Origin: Polyangiales bacterium
Lineage (GTDB): Bacteria > Myxococcota_A > Polyangia > Polyangiales > JADJQN01
Direction: 5' to 3'
Length of the DNA stretch: 64,000 nt
Assembly (NCBI GenBank): GCA_964202905.1
Contig: CAXNJO010000001.1
Location: 192,001 to 256,000, forward strand
Shown here one piece after another: positions 42,244 through 53,262 of the stretch. Every line of letters starts with the position of its first letter. Position 1 is the first letter of the stretch. Both the position numbers and the translations under genes were made by a program. The notes beneath the pieces were generated by a model. That model did no database searches. It worked only from the letters and a program-made list of their open reading frames with translations, and had not been told where the DNA came from.

Positions 42244-44586
42244 TCGCGCGACAGCCAGCCGGCTGGCCGTCGGCGCGAGGCCCACGCACGGCCGCGCGCA
42301 CGGCCATCGGCGTCGACCGCGCGCGTCTCCCGCTCAGAGCGCGGGCGGGCAGACGAAGCTGCCGCCTGGACGAAGGCCTCGCGCGCGTCGATCGTGCCGA
42401 AGGAGACGCGACCGACGTCGCGATCTCGTACGTCTCGTAGAGCGACACGGTGCCCGGCGGGCACGATCGCAGCCCTCGGCAGTCACGCACCCGCAGCGAC
42501 GAGCCGGCGTCGTGTCGATCGCGAGACCATCGGATTCCGCGACACGCACCGCATGGAGAGCGTCACGCCGCTCGTTGTCGGCGGCGCCCGGCCCAGGCCA
42601 CCACGAAGCCGCCACGCCGATCGTCCGCAACGGGCATCCCATCCGCACGCACCCAGCCCGGGGAGACGAACGAGACCCCGGATCCGGCATACGCGATCGT
42701 CGGCTGACCGCCGGGCGACGGCCGACGTCGACAGCTGGATGGGCTCGGTCGACGGTCGCGGAACCCGCCGGGCACGATCGGATCGAAGCGCACGAGGGAG
42801 AACCACACGGTCTCCGTCGGCGTCGCCGTTCCCGTCACCGAGTCGTTCGGGGCTGCAGTCCTCCATCCAGGTCGACGCCGACATCCCGGATGCCGCTGCG
42901 CTCCGCGCCGAACGCGATGCGCCACGTGGTCGGCACGACCGCCCGCAGGCACGGAATCGACGCGAAGGCCGCCGGTCGGGTTGAGGGGCTGCGGTCGGTC
43001 GCGCTGGATGTGCGCGGGATTGTTCATGATCACGCTGCCGTCGAGCACCAATTGTTACGTTGAACGGCACCTCCACGGGCGCCATCCGACGCGAGGAAGA
43101 TGAAGCGCGATCGGCGTCGGCCACCGAGACGCGTTGGCCTCCGGATACGCCGACGACCCATCCCGTCCTCGCCAAGGGCGGCGACGGCGGGCGCCGCAAC
43201 GCCCTGGAAGTCTCGCCGAGGGGCTCCGGACGGCCATCGTTGCTGGCCGTAACCCATTCGCTTGATGGCGGCGCTGGACGCAGCGCGACTCCTTGTAGAG
43301 GCCGAGCACCTCGACCGGGCACGACGTTCGTCGCGGACTGCACACCACGCGCGACCCGCAGAGCTCACGCCAGCGCGCTCGCAGGGGCGCGCCAAGGTAG
43401 GCGACGAGCGCCTGGGGAGCCGCGCTCGGAGGTGAGCGCTGCCACCGCGGGCCGCGACGCCCCCGGCTGCGCCGCGCATCGCAGCCGGAGCACACCATCG
43501 CGCCCCGTCACCGCCGTCGCCGAGGCTCCGGGAAGTCTCCGATGTCGATGCCGAGCCAGATGTTCGAACGCGCCTCCGGACCGAACGGTCGCCAGAGCGT
43601 CGCCGTCGTTGCTCATCGAACCAGCCCGCCCGCAGCACACCCGCGCCGCAACCTCGCGTCGCGACCCCGACCGCGAAGGCGCCGAGGCTGCCGACCGGTG
43701 CGGACACGAAATCGCTGAGATCGCAGGTCGCGTCGATCTTTACGTCCGGGCGAGCGTTGTAGAGGCCTTCATCCATATTGCCGAGCACGCAGCGACCCGC
43801 CGCGCACAACTCGGTACAGTTTGCGCTTGCGGAGCATGGCCGCCGGACGACCATCGAGGGAGGCCGAGCACGTGCCCACCGAGCCGACGTCATTGCGCAC
43901 GCAGACGGCCTGAAAGCACTCCTCGTCGGTCGCGCAAAGGCCTCCACCATCGCGTGTCGTGTCGGGGCCGAAGAACGAGACGTCGCGAACAAGGCAGCCG
44001 GCCACGGGTGGCGCCGAGTTGACGAGTGATGCGTAGCCGGAGACCGGGTTGGTGCGGGCCGCGACCAACGCGTTCACGATCGTCCCGTCGGGCCGGAAGC
44101 GGAAGGCCGTCGTGCGGTCCGGGTCCGACGCGCGGAACGAGCCCGTCCCGCCGACGCCCCACGCGATCTCCGAGGCGCCCGTCGCATCGCTGAGGCGATC
44201 CGGCCCGGCGCCGCTGAAGTCGCCGTCGTCGATGACGAGGTCGCAGTCGTTGTCGAGCCCGTCGCAGAGCTCGGGGAGGTTCTCGCCGATGGTCGGATTC
44301 GCTGTCGTCGCAGTCCGTCCCGTTCGAGGCACATCGCCACTGACCTGACCGTCGTCGTCGGCGTCCGTCGGGCGGTAGACGCACGTGCCCGGGCGAGGCC
44401 GGATTGCCCGTGCACTGATAGCGGCGGCAGCTCGTGATGACCTTGCCGCTCCGGGGGCGTGCGGTTGAGCACCTCGCACTCCGCGTCATCCGTGCACGGC
44501 GGCGGCGTGATTTCGCCGATGACGATCGAGCAGCCGGACAGCAGGGCGACGAGGGCGAGGACAAGGCGGAGGTCGAAGCGAACCAT
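42240..44586 (-). pseudogene. Large Cys-rich lipoprotein with MopE-like metal-binding repeat, heavily frameshifted; 3' end approximate
   Basis: 'MVRFDLRLVLALVALLSGC' lipobox. 'DADDDG...DCDD...ELCDGLDNDCD' split over frames. No continuous ORF. Confidence 0.55.
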
Positions 44587-44647
44587 CGGGCGGGACGCTA
44601 CCACGACCGCGACCACGCACTCCACACACCCCCGGCGGGCGCCGGGG

Positions 44648-45517
44648 TCAGCCGAAGTAGATCACCGCGACGACCGCGACGACCCAGAGCACGAGGTTCG
44701 CGAGGAAGGGCTTGTCGCGCAGCATCTCTTCGGTGGGGCTGTCGCTGCGCGCGTCGCGCCGCACGAGGTGCAGGAAGCGCAGCACGCCGAAGAGCGTGAA
44801 CGCCGTGGTCACGACGAGGTGGCTCGTGCCGAAGGTCGCGCGGGTCGCCGGATCGAGCGTGTACACGGCGTAGGTCGCCGTCGTCGCGAGGGCCGTCGCG
44901 TAGAGCAGCGCCGTCAGCGTGCCGCGCGAGTAGTGGGCGAGCACCGAGCGGGTCTTCGCCTCGGCGCCCTGCGCGACGAGCTCGTGCATGCGCTTGCCGA
45001 AGCCGAGGAAGAGCGCGAGGAGCAGCGTGACGACGAGCAGGTAGATGCTCGGCGGGACGGCCGCGGCGTACGAGCCCGCGACGACGCGCAGCTCGAAGCC
45101 GGCTGCGATGCAGAGCACGTCGAGGTAGGCGACGCGCTTCAACCTGAACGAATACGCGAGGTTGAGCAGGAGGTAGGCCGCCGCAGCGAGCGCGAACTGC
45201 CACGCGAGCGCGAGCCCGAGACCGAGCGCGAGCGCGACGAGCACGAGGAAGGCGCGGCGCGCGGCCCGCTCGGAGACGGCGCCGCTCGCGATGGGGCGGC
45301 TGCGCTTGATCGGGTGCGCGCGGTCGGCCTCGACGTCGACGAGGTCGTTGAGGACGTACACCGCGCTCGCGAGCAGTGAGAACGCGAAGAAGCCGACGAC
45401 GCTGCGCACGACCGGCTCGGGCGCGAAGAGCTCCTTCGCGAAGACGAGCGGGGCGAGGACGAAGAGCTGCTTGACCCACTGTCGTGGGCGCATCGTCCGG
45501 ACGAGACCACGAAACAT
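44648..45517 (-). CDS. UbiA-family decaprenyl-phosphate phosphoribosyltransferase-like protein
   Basis: 'MRPRQWVKQ', 'YVLNDLVDVEADRAHPIKRSRPIASG', 'YSFRLK', 'FGKRMHEL'. Confidence 0.88.
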   Translation of the reverse strand: MFRGLVRTMRPRQWVKQLFVLAPLVFAKELFAPEPVVRSVVGFFAFSLLASAVYVLNDLVDVEADRAHPIKRSRPIASGAVSERAARRAFLVLVALALGLGLALAWQFALAAAAYLLLNLAYSFRLKRVAYLDVLCIAAGFELRVVAGSYAAAVPPSIYLLVVTLLLALFLGFGKRMHELVAQGAEAKTRSVLAHYSRGTLTALLYATALATTATYAVYTLDPATRATFGTSHLVVTTAFTLFGVLRFLHLVRRDARSDSPTEEMLRDKPFLANLVLWVVAVVAVIYFG

Positions 45518-45727
45518 GGGGCGCGGCGGACACTTAGCACGCGCCACGCGCCGCGGTCACGGCGCGGCGTGCGACGGCGCGCGGAACAACGCGGGCGCTC
45601 CGGTTGTCTGCGCCTCGCGGGCGCCTGCCCCGGATTTGGCCCGCGCTCCGCCCGTCCACTACGCTGCTCTCCCCGCTCTCCTGCCGCCCCGACCGCGAGC
45701 CACGGCTCCGGTGGAAAGGTCCCGTCG

Positions 45728-48700
45728 ATGCTGCCCCGCAGGGCGCCCCGCGCGCTCCTTGCTTCGCTCGCCGTCACGCTCGCCTTCACCGCATCTCGGG
45801 TCGATGCGCAGGACGCCCCGGCCGCCCCGCGCGCCGCGCCGAGCGCGCCCGCCGCGGGCGGACCCGCGCCGACGAGCCCCTTCGACGCCGAGGTCCGGCG
45901 CCTGCAGGCCGAGGTCACGCGGCTCGGACGCACCCCGCGCGCCGTGCTGCCGCTGCTCGAGCTGTGGCGGAAGAACGAGTGGGCGACCCCGGGCGTCGCG
46001 GGCGACGCGGTGACGCGGCTCGCGGCGGACCGCCGCCTCTCGCCCTCGCTGCGGGCGTACGCGTCGATGTTCGCCGCGGCCGAGCAGGTGCGGCGCGGCG
46101 ACGTGCCCGGCGCCGCGCAGCGCCTCACCGAGCAGGGCTTCGTGCGCGCGTGGCGCGTAGTCGGGCCGTTCGACAACGAGGGCAAGCAGGGCCTCGATCG
46201 GGAGACGCCCGTCGAGACGCAGCGCCAAGACGCAACCGACATGGCGGCCACCTTCCCGGGGCGTGAGCGCGCCGTCGGCTGGCGCATGTACCCCGACGTC
46301 TCGCCGCTCGCGTACGTGAACCTCGACGCGGTGCTCCGGCCCTTCGAGAACGTCTGCGCGCTCACCGAGACGTACGTCGAGGTCGACCGCGCGCGGCCGC
46401 TCTCGCTCGCGGTGGGCGCGGGCGGCGCCGTGAAGGTCTATTGGAACGGCGAGCAGGTGCTGCGCGACGCGTCGTACCGCACGGCCGATCCCGAGCGCGC
46501 GCTCGTCGCGGTGCGCGCGCGCGCCGGCTGGAACCGCGTGCTCGTCAAGAGTTGCGTCGCCGATGGCACGTGGGGCTTCTTCTTCCGCGTGGGTGAGCTC
46601 GACGGGAGCCCGCCGCGCGGCGTACGCGTCGACGCGACGCGCACCGACGTCGTCGCGCCCGCGCCCGCTGCGGGTCGCCCGCCGACAGCGCCTCAGTCCC
46701 CGCTCGCCGCGTTCGAGGCGGCGGCCACGGGGCCGTCGCCCACGCCGGGCGCGCTCGAGGACCTCGCGCGGCTGCTCGCGTGGACGGGCGCGGACGACGC
46801 CGCCGAGCGCCGCGCCAAGGAGCTCGCCGCGCGCGCCGCCGACGCCGAGCCCACGCTCGCGCGGCTGCGGCTCGCCGCGGAGCTCGCCGACGAGCGCGCG
46901 GAGGTGCAGCGCTTCGCCGCGAAGGCCGCCGAGCTCGCGCCGGACGACCCCGGTTCCCTGCTGCTGCGCGCCGAGGTGCGCAGCCGCGGGCCGGGCGGCG
47001 AGGACGCCATCGCCCTGCTCGACCGCATCCCGGAAGGCACCACCGCCGCGATCGACGGCGCGTTCCTGCGGGTGTCGTTGCTCCGCGGCCTCGAGCTGCC
47101 GGAGGCCGCGCTCGCCCTCGTCGCGCAGACGGCGCAGCGGCTCGGCGACGCGCTCGCCGGTCAGCGCGCGCTCGCGGACGCGCTCGCCGCCGCGTCGCGC
47201 TCGGACCGTGCGATCGCGGTGCGGCAACGCCTCGTCGCGCTGCGCTGGGACGACGCCGCCTCGCGCCGCGCGCTCATCTCGGACGCGCTGCAGCGCGGCG
47301 ACGCGGCCGAAGCCGTGCGGCAGGTCGAGGCGCTCCGCGCGATCGCGCCCGACAGCGCGCGCAACCTGTTCTACGCCGCGGCCGTGTACGACGGCCTCGG
47401 CCGCGAGGACGACATGCTCGCCGCCTACCACGCGGCGCTCGACCTCGCGCCGGACGACGCCGCCGCGCACGTCGCGATGGGCCGCGCGCTGCTCCGCGTC
47501 GGTCAGCGCGACGCGGCCTCCGACGCGCTGCGCCGCGCGATCGCGCTGCGCCCGCAGGACGCCGAGACGCGCGAGCTCCTCGAGAACATCCGGCCCGAGG
47601 CCCGGCAGGACGAGGCGTACGCCGTCGCGCGCGACGAGCTCCTCGAGCGCCGCAGCGACGACACGCGCTACCCGGTGACGGTGCTGCAGAACCTCACCGT
47701 CAACACCGTCTACGAGAACGGCCTCGGCTCGAGCTTCCACCAGATCGCGGCGCAGGTGCACGACGCCGAGGGTGCGCGGCGCTGGCGCTCGTACTCGTTC
47801 CAGTTCGACCCGGAGTCGCAGCGCATCGACGTGCGCCTCGCGCGCGTGTACCGGCGCGACGGCACGGTGCTCGACTCGAACCAGACCTTCGAGCAGCCGC
47901 TCGGCGAGCCTTGGTACCGCATCTATTACGACACGCGCGCGCTGGTCGTGGTCTTCCCCGATCTCGAGCCGGGCGACACCGTGGAGCTGCGCTACCGCAC
48001 CGACGACATCTCGCACCGCAACGTCTTCGCGGACTACTACGGCGACCTGCACTTCCTGCAGGGCGGCGACCCGGTGAAGCACATGGAGTACGTGCTGATC
48101 ACCCCCGCGTCGCGCGCGTTCTACTTCAACGAGCCGCGCCTCGCGGGGCTCGCGCACGCACGCACGAGCGCCGACGGCCGCAACGTCGATCGCTACGTCG
48201 CCGAGGACGTCGCGCCGCTCCAATCGGAGGACGGCATGCCCGGCCTCACGGAGACCTCGCCCTACCTGCACGTCTCCACGTACCGCTCGTGGGAGGACGT
48301 GGGCCGCTGGTGGTGGGGCCTCGTGCGCGATCAGCTCTACGCCGACGAGAGCCTCAAGCGCACGGTCGCCGAGCTGGTGCGCGGCGCGCCGGACGAGCGC
48401 ACGAAGGTCACGCGCATCTACGACTGGGCCGTCTCGCACACGCGCTACGTGGGCCTCGAGTTCGGCATCCACGGCTACCTGCCCTACCGCGTGACGCAGA
48501 TCGTCCAGCGCGGCTTCGGCGACTGCAAGGACAAGGCCTCGCTGCTCTACGTGATGATGCGCGAGGCCGGGATCGACGCCCGCATCGCGCTCGTGCGCAC
48601 GCGGCGTAACGGCGACATCGCGGAGCTGCCCGCGTCGCTCGCGGTGTTCGACCACGCGATCGCCTACGTGCCGAGCCTCGACCTCTACCTCGACGGCACG

Positions 48701-49447
48701 GCCGAGCACTCGGGCGCGACGGAGCTGCCGAACATGGATCAGGGCGTGACGGTCCTCGTCGTCGGCCCGATCGACGCGCGGCTCGCGCGCACGCCGGTCC
48801 TCGAGGCCGCGAAGAACCGCCGCGAACGCACGCTCACCGTGCAGCTCGCGGCCGATGGCTCCGCGGTCGTCGAGGGCACCGAGGAGGTGCGCGGCGCGGA
48901 CGCCTCGGGCTACCGCGACCGCTACGAGGCGGCGGGCACGCGCGACGACCGCTTCGAGCGGCAGCTGGGTACGATCTTCCCCGGCGCGGACCTGCTCTCG
49001 CAGCAGTTCTCCGAGCTCGGGGACCGCGAGGCGCCCATCCGTTTCAGCTACCGCGCGAACGTCCCGCAGCTCGCGCGGCGCGACGGCGACGAGCTGCGCC
49101 TCGAGGCGTCGGTCGTCGGCGACCTCGTGCGCTCGCTCGCGCGGACGCCGACGCGGCGCTTCCCGCTCGACCTCGGCGGCACGAACGCCTACGTCGAGCG
49201 GCGCGTCGTGCGCCTGCCCGCGGGCATGCGCGTGAGCGAGCTGCCGACGGGCGGCGAGGCCGTCTCGCGCTTCGGCGCGCTGCGGCTGACGATCGAGCAG
49301 GGCGCGGGCGGCGTCACCGCGCGCACCGAGCTCGAGATCACGCGCGATCGCATCGCGCCCAATGAATACGGGGACTTCCGGGCCTGGGTGGAGCGCGCGG
49401 ACGCGCTCCTGCGGCAGCGGATCAGCCTCCGCGGAGGTGCACGATGA
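45728..49447 (+). CDS. Exported TPR + DUF3857 + transglutaminase-like protein
   Basis: Signal peptide, 'WRVVGPF' beta-domain, TPRs, 'FPDLEPGDTVELRY', 'RYVGLEFG', triad 'GDCKDK/FDHAIAY/YLDGT'. Confidence 0.88.
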   Translation: MLPRRAPRALLASLAVTLAFTASRVDAQDAPAAPRAAPSAPAAGGPAPTSPFDAEVRRLQAEVTRLGRTPRAVLPLLELWRKNEWATPGVAGDAVTRLAADRRLSPSLRAYASMFAAAEQVRRGDVPGAAQRLTEQGFVRAWRVVGPFDNEGKQGLDRETPVETQRQDATDMAATFPGRERAVGWRMYPDVSPLAYVNLDAVLRPFENVCALTETYVEVDRARPLSLAVGAGGAVKVYWNGEQVLRDASYRTADPERALVAVRARAGWNRVLVKSCVADGTWGFFFRVGELDGSPPRGVRVDATRTDVVAPAPAAGRPPTAPQSPLAAFEAAATGPSPTPGALEDLARLLAWTGADDAAERRAKELAARAADAEPTLARLRLAAELADERAEVQRFAAKAAELAPDDPGSLLLRAEVRSRGPGGEDAIALLDRIPEGTTAAIDGAFLRVSLLRGLELPEAALALVAQTAQRLGDALAGQRALADALAAASRSDRAIAVRQRLVALRWDDAASRRALISDALQRGDAAEAVRQVEALRAIAPDSARNLFYAAAVYDGLGREDDMLAAYHAALDLAPDDAAAHVAMGRALLRVGQRDAASDALRRAIALRPQDAETRELLENIRPEARQDEAYAVARDELLERRSDDTRYPVTVLQNLTVNTVYENGLGSSFHQIAAQVHDAEGARRWRSYSFQFDPESQRIDVRLARVYRRDGTVLDSNQTFEQPLGEPWYRIYYDTRALVVVFPDLEPGDTVELRYRTDDISHRNVFADYYGDLHFLQGGDPVKHMEYVLITPASRAFYFNEPRLAGLAHARTSADGRNVDRYVAEDVAPLQSEDGMPGLTETSPYLHVSTYRSWEDVGRWWWGLVRDQLYADESLKRTVAELVRGAPDERTKVTRIYDWAVSHTRYVGLEFGIHGYLPYRVTQIVQRGFGDCKDKASLLYVMMREAGIDARIALVRTRRNGDIAELPASLAVFDHAIAYVPSLDLYLDGTAEHSGATELPNMDQGVTVLVVGPIDARLARTPVLEAAKNRRERTLTVQLAADGSAVVEGTEEVRGADASGYRDRYEAAGTRDDRFERQLGTIFPGADLLSQQFSELGDREAPIRFSYRANVPQLARRDGDELRLEASVVGDLVRSLARTPTRRFPLDLGGTNAYVERRVVRLPAGMRVSELPTGGEAVSRFGALRLTIEQGAGGVTARTELEITRDRIAPNEYGDFRAWVERADALLRQRISLRGGAR

Positions 49448-52400
49448 GCCGCTCGGCAAGCCTCGAACGGTCGGTCTCTCCGCGGCGCGGCGCCGCCCTC
49501 GGCACGCTGCTCGCCGCGCTGCTCGTCGCCCTCGCGGGCTGCGGCGGCGCCCGCAGCGCCGTCCCTGCACGCCCGAGCATCGCCGCCGTGCGCGCGCGCG
49601 CAGCGGGGGCCCCGACGGACGCCGACGCCCAGCGCGCGCTCGCCGCCGCCGAGCTGCTGCTCGAAGACGGTGACCCGGCGCGCGTCCCGGAGGCGCTCGC
49701 GAAGGCCGCGCGGCTCGCGCCCGACGACGCGCGCGTGCGCTACCTGCAGGCGCTCGAGGACGACGGGAAGGGCCGCCTCGACGCGTCCTTCGAGGGCTAT
49801 CTCGGCGCGCTGCGCGCGGCGAGCGCGGACCCCGATGCGGTCTCGCAGGCCATCGCGGAGGCGTCGCTCTCGGCCCTCGCCGACCTCTTCGACGTCGTGC
49901 CCCGCGGCCGCGAGCGGCTGCGCGCGGTGCTCGAGCCGCTGCGCGCGACGCCCGGCGCACTCGGCCTCGGCGCACGACACCACCTCGCGGAGTTGTTGCT
50001 GGATCAGGCCTTCCGGCGGGCGGACGTCGCGGGCGTCCGCGCGCTCGCGGAGGGCCTCGGCTGCCCCGCGGAATGGCGCGTCGCGGGGCCGTTCGGGCCG
50101 CGCGAGCTGCTGGGCTTCGACGAGCCCTCGCCGGCGCAGGGCCGCGGCGCGCTCGCGGAGCGCTACGACCTCGGGCCGGGCCGCGGCGTGCGCGCGACGC
50201 GCACCCTCGAGCCGCGCGGTTGCGGCGTGAACCTCGGTGGCGGACCCGTCGCGGCCGGAGGCACCACGATCGCCGAGGCGCGCGTGTCCGTCGCGCGCGC
50301 GGGCCGGCACGTGCTGCGGCTCGAGACGCCGAACAGCGTCGAGCTCTACGTCGACGGCGAGCGGATCGCCCGCCTCGACGCGCGCCAGGAGCCGCTCGGC
50401 CGCACGAGCCTCCACGCGCTCGACCTCACGGCGGGCGAGCACGAGCTCGAGGTGAAGCTCACCTCGCGGCACTCGAACCCCATCCTCGTCGTCTCGATCG
50501 CGCCCGCGGTGCCCGCCGACGACGCGCGGCTCCCCGCCGTGCTCGACGGCCGCCCGCTCGAGCAGTACCTCGCGGCCTCGCTCGCGATCGCGCGCGGCGA
50601 CGTGGTGGCCGCGCGCGAGCTCGCGCAGCCCATCGCCGTCCGCCGCGGCGCGACCGCGCCGTGGCTCGTGCTGCGCGCCGCCATCGCGCTCGGCGATCCG
50701 CTCGTCCCCGCCGACGTCCGCCGCGACGACGCGCGCGCCCTGCTCCGCCGCGCGCTGCGCCGCGACGGAGACCTCTGGTACCCGATCCTGCAATCGGCCC
50801 GCCTCGACGCCGCCGACGGCCGCGCGGTCGAGGCGATCGGTGTCGTGCGCGTCGGCCTCGAGCGCTTCCCCGGCGTGCTCGGTTTCGCGATGACGCTCGC
50901 CGAACTCTTCCAGTCGAAGGGCTGGACGGCCGACGCCGACGAGACGCTCCGCCACGCCGCGGCCGCCGTGCCCGGCGCCTGCAGCGTGCAGCGCGGCCTC
51001 TACGAGTCGCTCCGGCGGCGCGACCGGCACACCGAGGCGCTCGCCCTCGCCGACACGCTCGTCGCCTGCGACGCGCGCACCAACCTCCGCTTCCAGCAGC
51101 TGCGCGACCAGCGCCGCTGGGTCGAGGCCGCCGCGGAGCTCGCGCGCCTCGCGGCCCTCGAGCCGCGCCAGAGCCGCGTCGGGCTGCTCGGCCCGGAGCT
51201 CGAGCTCGCCCGTCAGCGCGGCGACGCGGCCGCCGTCGAGCGCCTCCTCACCGCGCTCGACGCGGAGAGCCCGCTCTCGCCGATCGCGCCGCTCTCGCGC
51301 GCCGATCTCGCGCTCGCGCGCGGCGACGTCGCCGGGGCACGGCAGCGCCTCGACGACGCGCTCCTCCGCGAGCCCGCCGCGATGGGCGAGCTGCGCCGCG
51401 TGCGCCGCGCGATCGGCGGCCTCGACGACCTCGCGGCCTACCGCAAGGACGGCGCCGCGATCCTGCGCGACTTCCTCGCGTCGGGGCGCGCCTACACCGA
51501 GCCGCAGGTCCTCGTCTTCGACTACGCGGCCACGCGCGTGTTCCCAGACGGCGCGTCGATGCAGCTCGTGCACCAGATCTACCGCGTGCAGAGCGACGAG
51601 GCCGTGAACCAGCACGGCGAGTTCCAGCTGCCCGAGGGCGCACGGCTGCTCACGCTGCACACCATCAAGCCGGATGGTCGTCGCCTCGAGCCCGACGAGA
51701 TCGCGGGCAAGGACACCATCTCGCTCCCCGCGCTCGCCGTCGGCGACTTCGTCGAGAGCGAGTACATCCTGCTCGGCGCGCCGCCGGGCAGCTTCCCGGG
51801 CGGCTTCATCGGCGAGCGCTTCTACTTCCGCAGCGTCGAGGTCCCCTTCGACACGACGTCGCAGGTGTACGTCGTGCCGCGCGACCTCCCCGTCGTGCTC
51901 GATCCGCGCGGCCCCGCGCCCGCCGCGGAGGAGCGCTTCGACGGCGACCTGCGCGTGCTCTCGTTCACGGTGCACGAGAGCCGGCCCGTCGTCCCCGAGC
52001 CCGGCGCCGTGACCGGCCGCGAGTTCCTGCCGAGCATCAACCTCGCCGTGCGCGCCGATTGGGCGGCCTTCGTCGACGGGATGCGCGACGTGCTCGCGGA
52101 CCGCGACGTGCGCGATCCCGCCGCCGAGCGGCTCGTGGCGCAGATCCTGCGCGGCACGCCCGCGGGCGACGCCGAGGCACGCGCGCGGCGCCTCTACGCG
52201 TGGGCCCTCGAGAACGTCGAGAGCTCCGAGGCCTTCTTCGGCAGCGCGCCCGCGATGCTCGCCGCGAAGACGGGCAACCGCGTGCGCGTGCTGCGCTACC
52301 TGCTCACGCTCGCTGGGATCCCGTCGGACCTCGTCGCGGTGCGCAGCCAGGCCACCGATCGCACCGAGTCGGCGGTCGCCGACGCCGAGACGTACGCGAG

Positions 52401-53199
52401 CGCGCTGCTGCGCGTGCCCCTCCCGAGCGGCGACACGTGGCTCTCCGGCAACGAGCGCTGGACGCCCTTCGGCTACGTCACGCCGCTCCTGCGCGGGCAG
52501 GAGGGGCTCGTCCTCGCGCCGGGCGCGCCGCGCGTCCGCGTGGCCCCCGCCCCCGAGGGCGGCGAGCTGCACGAGGTCGAGGCGGACATCCACCTCGGCA
52601 CGCGCGGCGCGTCCCGCGTCGAGGTCGTCGAGACGTTCCGCGGCGCAGGCGCGAGCGGCTGGCGCGGCCAGCTCGAGGAGATCCCCGCGGCCGAGCTCGA
52701 GCGCCGCTTCGAGCAGGGCTACGTCGCGCGGCTGCTGCCCGGCGCCGAGCTCCGCACCCTGGCGATCGAGGGCCGCGACAACCCGGACGTGCCGCTCGTG
52801 GTGAAGTACACGTTCACGGTCGCCGACCTCGGCCGCCGCACGGGCGGGCGCTGGCTCGTACCCGGCCTCTTCCCGCTGCAGCTCGCCGCGAGCGTCGCCC
52901 CCCTCGCCGCGCGCACGACCCCGCAGCTCATCCCGAACGAGAGCGACGAGCGCATCACGCTGCGCTTCCACGCGGCCGCCTCCGCGCTCCCGACACCGCC
53001 CGCGCCCACCGCGCTGCGCGGCCCCGGCGGCGCCACCTTCGCGTGGCGCGCGACGCGCGGCGAGGGCACCTACACGATCGATCGCCGCGTGCAGATCCCC
53101 ATCCAGCGCATCGCCCCCGCCGACTACCCCGCCCTCGCCGACTTCTGCCGCCGCGCCGACGAAGCCGAGGCCCGCGACACGGGATTCGCGACACGCTGA
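49444..53199 (+). CDS. Lipoprotein paralogue with TPR + DUF3857-like domains, transglutaminase triad apparently lost
   Basis: Lipobox 'LAGC', 'WRVAGPF', 'LPALAVGDFVESEY'. The equivalent of GDCKD reads 'KTGNRVR'. ATGA overlap with the upstream gene. Confidence 0.8.
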   Translation: MSRSASLERSVSPRRGAALGTLLAALLVALAGCGGARSAVPARPSIAAVRARAAGAPTDADAQRALAAAELLLEDGDPARVPEALAKAARLAPDDARVRYLQALEDDGKGRLDASFEGYLGALRAASADPDAVSQAIAEASLSALADLFDVVPRGRERLRAVLEPLRATPGALGLGARHHLAELLLDQAFRRADVAGVRALAEGLGCPAEWRVAGPFGPRELLGFDEPSPAQGRGALAERYDLGPGRGVRATRTLEPRGCGVNLGGGPVAAGGTTIAEARVSVARAGRHVLRLETPNSVELYVDGERIARLDARQEPLGRTSLHALDLTAGEHELEVKLTSRHSNPILVVSIAPAVPADDARLPAVLDGRPLEQYLAASLAIARGDVVAARELAQPIAVRRGATAPWLVLRAAIALGDPLVPADVRRDDARALLRRALRRDGDLWYPILQSARLDAADGRAVEAIGVVRVGLERFPGVLGFAMTLAELFQSKGWTADADETLRHAAAAVPGACSVQRGLYESLRRRDRHTEALALADTLVACDARTNLRFQQLRDQRRWVEAAAELARLAALEPRQSRVGLLGPELELARQRGDAAAVERLLTALDAESPLSPIAPLSRADLALARGDVAGARQRLDDALLREPAAMGELRRVRRAIGGLDDLAAYRKDGAAILRDFLASGRAYTEPQVLVFDYAATRVFPDGASMQLVHQIYRVQSDEAVNQHGEFQLPEGARLLTLHTIKPDGRRLEPDEIAGKDTISLPALAVGDFVESEYILLGAPPGSFPGGFIGERFYFRSVEVPFDTTSQVYVVPRDLPVVLDPRGPAPAAEERFDGDLRVLSFTVHESRPVVPEPGAVTGREFLPSINLAVRADWAAFVDGMRDVLADRDVRDPAAERLVAQILRGTPAGDAEARARRLYAWALENVESSEAFFGSAPAMLAAKTGNRVRVLRYLLTLAGIPSDLVAVRSQATDRTESAVADAETYASALLRVPLPSGDTWLSGNERWTPFGYVTPLLRGQEGLVLAPGAPRVRVAPAPEGGELHEVEADIHLGTRGASRVEVVETFRGAGASGWRGQLEEIPAAELERRFEQGYVARLLPGAELRTLAIEGRDNPDVPLVVKYTFTVADLGRRTGGRWLVPGLFPLQLAASVAPLAARTTPQLIPNESDERITLRFHAAASALPTPPAPTALRGPGGATFAWRATRGEGTYTIDRRVQIPIQRIAPADYPALADFCRRADEAEARDTGFATR

Positions 53200-53262
53200 T
53201 CCGGCGTCCAGCCCCGCGCGCCCCCATCGACTTCCGCGCGCGCGGCCCCCACGTTTGCCCGC

